From Hormiphora californensis (lineage: Eukaryota > Animalia > Ctenophora), in contig CM035350.1 of assembly GCA_020137815.1 (NCBI GenBank), positions 2,728,001-2,792,000 of the forward strand: a stretch of 64,000 bases of DNA, written 5' to 3'. The notes beneath the pieces are model-generated. The model saw only the letters and a program-made list of their open reading frames with translations, did no database searches and was not told where the DNA came from. This document shows positions 12,993 to 25,550 of the stretch, one piece after another (the stretch's first letter is position 1; every line of letters starts with the position of its first letter). Position numbers and translations under genes: made by a program.

Positions 12993-15900
12993 TGAGAGAG
13001 TGAGAGAGAGAGTGAGAGAGAGAGAGAGAGAAATTGATCCCGGGTGTGGGCAGGAATTAGACTATTCTTGGAGGGTTAATGAACCGATAAAACATCCAAT
13101 AATGGATCTGCCAGCCGTCGTGATTACACTGATTCGTCTCTTTTTGGCTTTCTCCCTCTCACTCACTATCTCTAATGTCACTCACTATCTCTCAAACTCG
13201 TTAGAAATTTCCCTTTTGCTTTCTCTCCCTTTCTATCGCTTCTTCTCTCCATTTCTATAATCACTTCTTCTCTACCTCACTTATCCAAATTCTTTAAATG
13301 TATGCGTGTTTGCATGGCATCATTCGTCTACTGATTCCAAATCCAGACATCACTTACCCTTCCTCTCTCTCTCAATCTCTTCTCTCTTTTCCAGGATTTG
13401 GAGCTGAAAGATATGGAAGATGAGGGCAATGGAGGTGAGCACGAGAAGGGGCCCAATGACAAGAATATTGGAATTTCAATAAGGAACCTTATCAAGAAAT
13501 TCAAGGTATAGGGAATCATTGAGTTTACCCGTTTATCATCTAGCATGTTTCACGTTGATTCACTTGACAGCATTCTGCATGAAAATTCAAAGTAGGACAT
13601 AAACAATTCAAGTTTCATACACCTTTCACACTCAAGCCCACGCACACATGTAGGATCATGCCTCAGAAGATAGTGGATTGAAGAATCGTTTTAAAAAGGT
13701 ACATATTCTCACGAAGCATCCCTCTCACCCAGTATAATACTGTTTCGACATGTGTTTTGCACAATCAAACATACTCTCAAAACAGAGCCATCAACCCAAC
13801 CCTTACCCCAACACATCTATAATAATACCCCCATCAGTTACCACCCATACCCCCAACACCAATGTATAACTCCCATATGGTAAGCGGACTCTAGTGCTAA
13901 AATCACGAAAAGCGAACTCGAGATTTCGGCCGGAAACGAGAGTTTGCTGTGCCTCTATACTCATTTAGAAGTGTTAGGGCTATTATTTGGGTTCGAGTTT
14001 AGGGGTTAGTGTTAAGGTTAGGGTTAGATATAGAGTCCTCCTTGGTTTTAGATATAGAGTCCGTTAGCACTAGAGTCGGCCTACCCTACCATAGCTCGGC
14101 AGGCTGGTCGAGGTTGAACGTCCTTCAGGAGCACCGTGATTATGATATCCCATATATTAATGATATCCCTGCCCAGACCCCAAAAGGCAAGATAACGGCT
14201 GTGAATGGCCTATCACTGGACATGTATGAGGATCAGATCACCTCTCTGCTTGGTCACAACGGTGCCGGTATGTTGCAAAAACATCTTTACCAACGTAGGC
14301 TCTATATATTGCTAACTAAACTAAACAAGACTAAATGCATTATGTTTCATAATGCTATGTTTCCCCACCAACCTTTCATTTCTAACATGAAGGCGGGACA
14401 GACATTGCGGATCATTTATACATCACGCAAACAGTATAGAACAAATCCTTGTATTTTAGTAGCAGTAAATTGCGCAACACATTGCGGAATTGCGCGCCAC
14501 CCATTTCTTGAAAACATCTCAATGAAGTGGTTTATGAAATATGAAGGAGCAGGTTGTTGTTGTGTGCGCGGCTCTAGTTGCTACATGTTGCCCCTTGCAA
14601 CCTGAAACAGGAGAAGAGAGCTGACTTGCTACACATGATAGTCACTATATCCGTTTAGTTTTCTAAACCCCTATGCCTTTTTGCAAAAGGCATCCGGGTG
14701 AAGGCCGAAGGCCTTCACCCGGGCGGGGAAAAAATTATTGCCACCCCCTTTACTGTTTTTACTGTTCTCTGGTAAGTTAGCTCGTGCACTAATACTCCCT
14801 TGTCTTATTCAGGTAAAACTACGACCATGTCCATGTTGACGGGTCTGTACTCTCCCTCGGGTGGGGAGGCAACCATTAACGGCTACTCAATCCTGGATAG
14901 CATGGACCGAGTTAGAGATAGCCTAGGGATATGCCCCCAGCATAACGTTCTTTTTGATCGCCTTACTGTCAAGGAACACCTGGATTTCTTTATCAAACTC
15001 AAGGTAACAACCAATCAGCCAATCAGGGACCAGTATTTCCTGATTCGGTCGGTTCCTGGGTAATACAAGCTAGAGTTACAATATTAGTGACAACTTGGTT
15101 GTTTAACAACTCTCACCATGTGCTATGTGGCTGTTGTAACCACTCTCGCTTTGTTACCATGGTAACCGCTGGTCACCATGACAACTCCCAGGGCTACACG
15201 GGTGATGTTGATGCTGAAATAGTGAAGATGATCCAGATGCTCCAGCTAGTGGACAAGACGGACTCTAAGGCTGACGAGTTGTCAGGTGGAATGAAAAGAA
15301 AGCTTAGGTAAGTATACTCCATTTCCCCCAAATGTTCACGTAATCTCGAATAGAAACAATCCTTGTGTTTTTGTAATCTCGAATAGAAATAATCCTTGTG
15401 TTTTTGTTCAGTGTTGGTATTGCCCTGGCGGGTGGGTCGAAGGTAGTCATTTTGGATGAGCCCACTGCTGGAATGGACCCCTATGCTCGTCGTGCCACGT
15501 GGGATTTGATCTTAGAAAACAAGGTATCACGGTTGAATATTTCCCGTTGACCCGACCCCTATAATAATACTACCGGTTGAAATCCGTTATATCACCCTAA
15601 TAACACATTTCTAGAAATCTCGGACTATTCTTCTGACCACTCACTACATGGACGAAGCGGACTTCCTGGGGGATCGAATTGCAATTATGACCGCTGGAAA
15701 GCTCGTCTGCTCGGGGAGCTCTCTCTTCCTGAAGAAGAGATACGGAGTTGGATACCACCTGACTCTGGTGAAGGGATCGGGGTGTGATGTTGCTGCCGTG
15801 GATTATTTCCTCAAGTAAGAAGGGAGTGTAATTGCAGTTGATCACAGCTGATCTGTAGTATTATTTTACCAACTTCTGTCTCCTGCTCTATCTAACTAAC

Positions 15901-17574
15901 CACTTGTTACAGGAGTCACATTGCTCTATCGAGTTAACCACTTTTGTTACAGGAGTCACATTGCTCTAACTAATTACCCACTTTTGTTACAGGAGTCACA
16001 TTGCTCTATCTAACTAACCACTTGTTACAGGAGTCACATTGCTCTATCGAGTTAACCACTTTTGTTACAGGAGTCACATTGCTCTAACTAACCACTTGTT
16101 ACAGGAGTCACATTGCTCTATCGAGTTAACCACTTTTGTTACAGGAGTCACATTGCTCTATCTAACTAACCACTTGTTACAGGAGTCACATTGCTCTATC
16201 GAGTTAACCACTTTTGTTACAGGAGTCACATTGCTCTAACTAATTACCCACTTTTGTTACAGGAGTCACATTGCTCTATCGAGTTAACCACTTTTGTCAC
16301 AGGAGTCACATTGCTCTATCGAGTTAACCACTTTTGTCACAGGAGTCACATTGCTCTAACTAATTACCCACTTTTGTTACAGGAGTCACATTGCTCTATC
16401 GAGTTAACCACTTTTGTCACAGGAGTCACATTGCTCTAACTAATTACCCACTTTTGTTACAGGAGTCACATTGCTCTATCGAGTTAACCACTTTTGTTAC
16501 AGGAGTCACATTGCTCCATCGAGTTAACCACTTTTGTTACAGGAGTCACATTGCTCTATCGAGTTAACCACTATTGTTACAGGAGTCACATTGTTCTATC
16601 TAACTAACCACTTTTGTTACAGGAGTCACATTGAAACCGCCTCTCTGATAAGTAATGTTGGTTCTGAGCTGGTGTTCATACTACCGGATAACGAGGTCTC
16701 ACGATTTGTGGCCCTCTTCCAAAAACTAGAAGGTGAGAAGGCTGTAGTATTAGGAAACTGGAAGGTTCTAAAGCTGTCATGTCGTGTTCAGAAACTCGAA
16801 AGTGGCAGTGGGTTCGGAGATCATTGCATAGCGTGTGCGCATATAACAATCTAGTCACTAGGGAAGGGTACATATTGAGCTTGTTCCTATAACAACAACA
16901 TGTTCCTATAACAACAACATGTTTCTATAACAACAACAAATATGGTTCCCCAGAGAAATGCCTGCCACCACCGGTAACAAACGATCAGACAGACAATATA
17001 TTTGACGGACAGTTATCCAACATAAGATCGCAGTTATCAGGCCTCAGACCCTCCTCCTCCTCTGCAATACCCAAAGGTTATCCATGGCTGTTGCCTAGCA
17101 GCCATCCCATGCGGGGAGAATCTTGTCAAAAATTACAAATCGAGTCTTGCTAAATTTAAGCTTGCAGCGAGTCGGGCTTCATGGTATTAATTGCAGGGGA
17201 ATTGCAGAGGTTGATAATTAGGACACATTATTATTCAATTGGGTCGCTGCCGCAGCCAATGCCTAGAACAGCTATACTATGGGTGCCCAAAACAACCCTT
17301 CACCAGCTTCCTCCTAACAAATATCCCCCCCTGTAGGCGGTAACCTGGGTGATAAAGCTAACATAGATAGTTTCGGGCTCTCCTTGACGACTCTAGAGGA
17401 GGTGTTCATCAAGGTGGGTGAGGAGGAACCCCATGAAAACTCTCGCGGGTCTCTCTCGCGCTGCGCTAGAGAGCGCGCGAGAGGCGCGCGCGAGAGGAGC
17501 GCGCGCGCGCGCGCGCGAGCGCGCGATGAGCGAGCGAGCGAGAGAGAGCGGAGAGCGAAGAGCGAGGGACGAGA

Positions 17575-17610
<36 letters not shown>

Positions 17611-20600
17611 CGCGAGACGAGCGAGAGAGAGAGAGCGAAGAGAGAGAGAGGAGAGGAGAGCGAGAGAGGAGAGGGAGCGAGAGCAGAGAGGCGAGAGCGA
17701 GAGGAGAGAGAGAAGAGAGAGGCGAGAGAGAGCAGAGAGAGATGAAGGATGAAAGGGTCACAAGGGGGTGAGGAGGAAGAACCCCATGAAACTGGAGCGG
17801 AGAATGGAGGGAAGAACGATGATGATGATCCCCCACCTAACAATGCTGAGAATGTTGTACAGTTCAAAGTCTTCAAACGAGCAGGTATATTAGAGACCCC
17901 AATTTCTAGTTGATTTCAAAATGAAACAAGTTAGAAAACAAGGAAATATATTTCAGAACTATATAGTGGAATTACCTTGTTGATGTACCAGTTACTGGCG
18001 ATGGTGGACAAAAGATTTATCAACTCAAAGCGTTACAAGAAGGGAATAATTGTTCAAATTTTACTACCCGTTATCTTTTCTGTTTTGGGTAAGTGACTTA
18101 CTGGCCATGACTTGAGTATTATATCAAAAGGGGGGGGGGGGGGGGGGAGTATGTTTTGGGGTAGGACTAAAATGGCCTGGACTGAGTATTATATCAAAAG
18201 GGGGGAGGGAGGTTTGGGGAAGGAATATAGGAAAGAATATTACCATCAGAGCCAGGACGAAGGAAATGGGAATTGAATTGAGTATGCATGAGTATGTTGT
18301 GGAGATTAGTATTATATATTTATTAGTATTATGAGTCTTCTCTTGAGTATTAAGTATTCTTCTTGAGTAGTATATCAAAGGGGTTGGTTGCCGGCGGGGG
18401 ATTGTGAAGGGGGGGGGGGGGGGTGGGGCGAGGGGAAAAATTAGTATCTAATAAAAAACCTCACCGACTGATGCTGTTTGTTTTGCTTCATAGGTGTTGA
18501 TTCAAACACGGGGTTCTCAAAAACGGGGATGTGGTTTTTGTGATTGTTGACAGGATTTGGTGACAGGGAACAGGATTCCACATGTGACCGGATGTGATAA
18601 CAATTTCTTTAGATTTAGCATCAGTCGATCTCTTTCACCCAGATTAGAAAATACCAGCAATATATCACAGGTTTGTTGACGCTAAAGCTGGCAGGAAGTA
18701 CTGATGGGAGTGTAGAGGTGATCCGACCAATAGATCTAAACGACTATCCTGGACAGGGAATCGAGGGAAAAGTATTCCTCTCTGACCTCACCGCGAATAA
18801 GAATTACTTCACGGTATAATTGAAAGAGTGCTATGATTTCCTGTTGTGCTGCTAAATGTAACATCTCTATCTCTAATCTCTCTAGCTCTCTCCCCCAGGG
18901 AGCCGCGCGCGCGAGGAGCGCCGCGACCGCGCGGCAGAGCGCGCGCCGCGCGCGCGCGCGAAGCGCGCGGCTGAGCGAGCGCGCGCGCGCACACACACGC
19001 GCGCGGGCGAGAGAGTAACACAGAAGAAGAGAGAGGAGAGGGAAGAGAGAAAAAAAAACAAAAAGGGAAAAAAGAAACAAAAAGAGATGAAAGAGAGAGA
19101 GAAAAACAAAAGATAGGAGGAGAGAGGATAGAGTAGAGAGAGAGAGAGTAGAGAGAGAGAAAAAAAAAAGAGAGGAGAGAGAGGGAGACGAGAGAGCGAG
19201 AGCGACGAGAGAGAGAGAGAGCGAGGAGAGAGAGAGCGAGCGCGCGAGAGAGAGAGCGAGAGAGCGCGAGCGCGGAGCGAGCGGCGCGATGAGAGAGCGA
19301 GCGAGAAAGAGGAGAGAGGAGAGACGAAAAAGAAAAGAAGAGAGAGAGAGAGAGCGAGAGAGCTGAGAGCTCGCGAGTCAGAGAGGGCGAGAGAGTATGA
19401 TGCGCTCTCGAGAGCAATCGCTCGAGCTAGGGAGCGCGCGCTCGCAAGATCCCTAGACTATCTCTATCGAGCTCGAGCTCTCTCTCTATCTCTCTTCGAC
19501 TCGAGATCGCTCGTGTCTCGTCTCTCTCTCTCTCTCTCGCTCTGATTTCTTGCTGTTTGCTACAGGACGAACTGGATGAATATCTGAAAACAGTGAACCT
19601 CAAAACAATAACCGATCTGACTGCTGACATCAAACAAAATCAAGCAAGCTATGACTCAAAAACAGACACCACCTGCTGTTCTGAGCCTGCTCTACAACTT
19701 GTGTCAAAGTGCGCCGAAAAAGGTAATAACATCGCATGTCGCAGGACAATGAGAGTAGGAGTTACTTAGCCGAGGGGTGTGGTCTGAAGGTAGTGGATAT
19801 GGAGGTGGATGTTAGTGATGTTGAGCAGTGCTCCTGCTGTGACGAGAGGGCCCTTCAACTATGCAGGGATTGTGCAGAAAAAGGTTCCATGTTTAACTGC
19901 TGCCGCAACTCTCTCATTATAGCCACCATAGCCATTATTAGCAAGGGAGGGGTAACTTCGATACCAAATCATAGCTATTATACCTACTTGATAAGTTAGA
20001 TAAGACTAGCTATCATGGGGTACCCTTGTCACCAAATGTGTGTTAACAGTCCGCAGCCATGTTATACAACATCTCCAAACCAGGTGTGACCCGGAGTAAG
20101 TGGGCATCATGTGATACAGATGATAATGATGTGTGGGGCTACAAGGCCTGTTTTGCGGGCTGCTTTGATCCTATAGCACAGAATAGCGACGGAGAGAATG
20201 AGACGTGTCCTGCTGATCAAGTGATGCCTAACGAAAAGGTACACCGAGGGAATCAAAACTGGATCCTGTAGATCCTGATTGATTTAGATACCATGAAATC
20301 AGGGCGTTTTGTCGACAATTGAAAAGGGTTGACACTGTTGCTATAGTTACCAACTCTACCAACCTATCATCCGTGGTACATTTCAGTACAGGGATGACGA
20401 GCTGAGTTACTTCACCAACACATTCCTAAACCTGATCGGAGATGACACAAAGTTTTACAGGAAAAATCAGGTCGCATTCACCTACTCAGATGTACCTTCT
20501 TTCATTAATGTGGTACGTTATCAATTAGTAACGGCATTGGTTTGTTACCATTAGTCTGTTACCATTACATAGCAACTGTATCATTGGAATTACTGTCCGT

Positions 20601-23600
20601 GAGTCTGTCCGTGAGACTTATTTAGCTCTCATTTTACCCAGGGAGCTACAAAACCTTTAGAGTTCAGCCCTAACACCCAGCCCTAACACCCAGGTTAATG
20701 CAAGGAATGTGTCTCAGTATGTTAAGAAGGCAACGGAAGATGCGGATTTCTCTCTCAGTTCCATTGATGATAACAGTTCTGTAAAGATATTGACTGGATG
20801 GTTCTCACACGAGGGTCTGCATCTCGCGCCGGGTGTCCAAAATGCCCTGAGTAACATGTTGCTGGTCAAGGCAGACAAATCAGAACGGATTTATTGCAAT
20901 AACTATCCCCTACCTGCCTCTTTGGTTGATCGGGTCAGTATCTACTAGTACAGTACTACTAGTACAGTACCTACTGGTTTACCTACTAGTTTAAAAATAA
21001 TTGGTTTATAGCTTGGTTCGTTCGTAACCGTCATTACTGGTTCTAAGTAAAGTCGGATTTTTTGAAGTTGTCACCCCCCTTCTCGTGCGCGGAATGTTTT
21101 TGCGCGTCACATTACATGTTAACGTGTGGTGTGCGCGTCAAAATTGATAAATTTCACATGCGCGGTCATTTTGGGGTGACAACTTCAAAAAATCCGACTT
21201 TAGCCCTGTAACACCCCCACCCCCACTGTAACACCCCCCCCCCACTGTAACACACCCCACTGTAACACCCCCCCCCCACTGTAACACCCCCCCCCCCACT
21301 GTAACACCCCCCCCCACTGTAACACACCCCACTGTAACACCCCCCCCCCCATTATAACCCCCCCCCCCCCTCTCCACTGCAACACCCCCCCCCCCCACTG
21401 TAACCCCCCACTCTCCACTGTAACACCCCCCACTGTAACCCCCCCACTGTAACCCCCACCCCACTGTAACACCCCCTCTCCACTGTAACCCCCCCCCACT
21501 GTAACACCCCCCCCCCCCACTACTACTACCCCTCCCTATTCAGTTCCAAATGGCGGGTGTGAGTGCCGAGGGAGGATCACTGGCTATTCTCATGCTCCTC
21601 GGATTCACATTCCTCACTTCTTCCTTCTGTCTCTTTGTCGTGGAGGAAAGAGAGACAAAGGTATGTGTGTCGTTACCAGGAACCGATCGAATCATCAGGA
21701 AATACTGGTCCCTGATTGCCTGATAGCCTGTCACGTGACCTAAATAACGAGTTCTGATTGGTTGTTTACTTGTGTCGGTCGGTTCCTGGTCGTTACATAC
21801 TAGTGTCACAATATATATAGGCACTTGGCTAACTTGACAGATATATAAGTAAGTAATAAATTCTCGGCCCGAGCTCAAGCTAACATCTCATCCCCGGTAT
21901 AGTGCAAGCATCTACAGCAGATCAGTGGTATTAACGGTGTGGTGTATTGGGCTGGAACTCTTATTTGGGATCATGTCAACTATCTCATCTGCATCTTGGT
22001 GATCACCATACTCTTTGCTGCCTTCGACCTTGATGGTTTCGGTCCTACTTCAATTGGAGCTGTCTTTGTACTACTGGTAGGGATTGTGTGGTTTTCTTTA
22101 GATATCTTACTACAATAATATTACTCTTGGTAATGAAATTACCCCCCAACGCGAGGAGCGTATGATAGGGGTGACTTTGTAACCAGCTGTTACTCCTTGC
22201 TGTGTTATAGGGGTAACCCATAACACAATAAGTTAACCCCCTCCCCAATGGTTACCAAGGCAACCAACACTCTACTCCATCCTCAGTTCATGTACGGGTT
22301 TGCCTCCATCCCATTTGTCTACATGCTCTCCTTTCTGTTCTCCTCGGCCGTCTCCGCTTTCTCCCTCATCGTGACCCTGACATTCATTACCGGGCTGGTG
22401 AGTTATAGTGTTAGTAATCTGGGGCTAGTGAATTGTACTGATTAGTAACTGATTAGTAACAACACTAGCATTAGTAACTGATTAGTATGTAAAACTAAAT
22501 GAAACTTGTGAAACAAATAATATGTATCGTGGGCCCGATAAATTAGTGTGGTTCCCTTCAGGCGGGATACATTGCCAACCTTGTACTGACTGCCCTTCAA
22601 GATGATAGTCAGGAAACAGTGGAGAATGTCCTTCTCTTTTTACCCAACTTCAAGTAAGAATGTCCTTCTCTTTTTACCCAACTTCAAGTAAGAATATCCT
22701 TCTCTTTTTACCCAACTTCAAGTAAGAATATCCTTCTCTTTTTACCCAACTTCAAGTAAGAATATCCTTCTCTTTTTACCCAACTTCAAGTAAGAATGTC
22801 CTTCTCTTTTTACCCAACTTCAAGTAAGAATATTCTTCTATTTTTACCTAACTTCAAGTAAGAATATTCTTCTCTTTTTACCCAACTTCAAGTAAGAATA
22901 TCCTTCTCTTTTTACCTAACTTCAAGTAAGAATATTCTTCTCTTTTTACCCGACTTCAAGTAAGAATATTCTTCTCTTTTTACCCGACTTCAAGTAAGAA
23001 TATCCTTCTCTTTTTACCCAACTTCAATTAAGAATATATCCTTCTCTTTTTACCCAACTTCAAGTAAGATTAAGAATATATCCTTCTCTTTTTACCCAAC
23101 TTCAAGTAAGAATTTCCTTCTCTTTTTACCCAACTTCAAGTAAGAATATCCTTCTCTTTTTACCTAACTTCAAGTAAGAATATCCTTCTCTTTTTACCCA
23201 ACTTCAAGTAAGAATATCCTTCTCTTTTTACCCAACTTCAAGTAAGAATATTCTTCTCTTTTTACCCGACTTCAAGTAAGAATATCCTTCTCTTTTTACC
23301 CAACTTCAATTAAGAATATATCCTTCTCTTTTTACCCAACTTCAAGTAAGATTAAGAATATATCCTTCTCTTTTTACCCAACTTCAAGTAAGAATTTCCT
23401 TCTCTTTTTACCCAACTTCAAGTAAGAATATCCTTCTCTTTTTACCTAACTTCAAGTAAGAATATCCTTCTCTTTTTACCCAACTTCAAGTAAGAATATT
23501 CTCCTCTTTTTACCCAACTTCAAGTAAGAATATTCTTCTCTTTTTACCCAACTTCAAGTAAGAATATTCTTCTCTTTTTACTTACATGATCCCACCATTG

Positions 23601-24000
23601 TCATATCAGACCAATGCTCTGACCACAGTTCTCGCACGCTTATTTGAAAGAAATGATAGAATAGGGTCAGGCTACAATGCTCTGACAGCCGTGATGTCCC
23701 TTTCTAATATTCTAACAGATCCCTCCCTCCCTCAGTTTCATTCAGGGTGTCTCGAACATCTACGGTAATGGGGTTCAGAAGGACCTATACGACCTGTGTG
23801 TAGAAACATTCGGGGTAGATCAATGTGCATCATTGGGCATTGAGTACATGAGCGTGTGGAACACTAATTCCGGGAGTTTCTCCCTTGGAATCGGTCGACA
23901 GCTCATTGCACTGCTTATCATAGGAATTGTCTCATTTGGCATCGTCTTATTCGCAGAAGTATGTCATCTTTCTCTCTCTCTCTTTCTATCTTTCTCTCTC

Positions 24001-24082
<82 letters not shown>

Positions 24083-25460
24083 TTCTCTCTCTCCACCACT
24101 ATTATCTGCCCATCTTACATCTACCCTCTCTCTCAGTACTATCTCAAGCGTCTGGGGCTCGCTTATGAGTCCTTCCGGACCAAATGGAGGTCTAGTAACA
24201 GAGCAGCTGATCTCCGAGCTCCTGAGGGAGAGGACGAGGATGTCCAGGCAGAAAGGACCAGGGTGAAATGTGAGATCCAGCAACTCTCTAAGGATAGCGC
24301 TGTTGTAACCACTAACTTGAGGAAGTGTTATGGGCCAAAGGTGGCTGTGCAGAACCTAACTCTTGGTGGGTGCTATTTTGATGTTATTTCGCCAGCTCGA
24401 CCTAGTTTTAATTTGTATACCATTATTTAAAGTGAGAGTGGACCGACACAGAATTTGACAAGGTTGTTGTAGGCAGTAGAGATTATTTCTCTGAGCATTT
24501 TACTTTTTTTCCCGCTTAAAATTGACCCCTCCATCACTGAGATACTTTTGTTATGTTGGGAGCATGACGTCACGCATCTTTCTCTGTATTATCTCTGTAG
24601 GCAGTACATCGAACATGCCCGGGCGCGCGCACATACAGAATACAAGAGATAGATGCGTGACGTCATGCTCCCAACATAACAAAAGTATCTCAGTGATGGA
24701 GGGGTCAATTTTAAGCGGGAAAAAAGAAAAATGCTCAGAGAAATAATCTTTACTACCTACAACATCCTTGTCAAATTCTGTGTCGGTCCACTCTCACTTT
24801 AATGTAGAAGCATGCCGTGTGCAATCTATACCAACTGAATACGGCTTTTACCCTTCCCTTCTCCAGGAATCCCCAAGAATGAGTGTTTCGGATTGCTGGG
24901 TGTGAACGGAGCGGGTAAAACTACCACTTTCTCAATGCTGACTGGTGATGTTGCCGTTTCTGGGGGAGAGGCCTTTGTGGCAGGCTATAACCTGGCCGAA
25001 AACCTCCGCCAGGTTCAACAGCGCATCGGTTATTGCCCACAATTCGACGCTCTAATTGGTATGTAAAATGTTTTTAAATCGAGACCTGTACAACTGCACA
25101 GAGAAAGAATTCAGACGAAATTATTGAAATACTCCATGTCCCTACTACAGGTATAATGACTGGCCGGGAGCTTCTCCGAATGTTTGCTCGGCTCCGAGGT
25201 ATCCCCTCTGCTCAAATAGAGAACACAGTGGCCGAGGCGATCACTAATCTAAACCTGGAGAAGCACGCTGACAAGTTGTGCGGTGGGTACAGTGGGGGTA
25301 ATAAGAGGAAGTTGTCCACTGCCATAGCTCTGGTTGGCAACCCTGAGGTGCTGTTCCTCGATGAGCCCACCGCGGGAATGGACCCCGCTGCTCGGAGATT
25401 CTTGTGGACTGTCCTGTCTCAACTTACTGCCAGTAAAGTTGGTGAGTAAAATATCCGGCA

Positions 25461-25550
<90 letters not shown>

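Noticed and set aside
15885-16633. CRISPR-like look (constant ~25 nt plus variable ~15 nt)
   Set aside because: Variable parts are only about three related, recurring variants rather than unique spacers; no cas genes; eukaryotic intron
17440-17770. Arg/Glu-rich insertion inside an ABCA exon with duplicated flank GGTGAGGAGGAA..CCCCATGAAA
   Set aside because: Garbled (GA)/(GC) sequence; most likely a gap-fill or consensus artefact
18860-19550. Long RE/SL/AR-repeat ORFs (similar ones at 1130-1830, 6880-7400, 23970-24090, 32250-32450, 39650-39800, 48660-48780)
   Set aside because: Translations of (AG)n/(CT)n microsatellites or noisy versions of them
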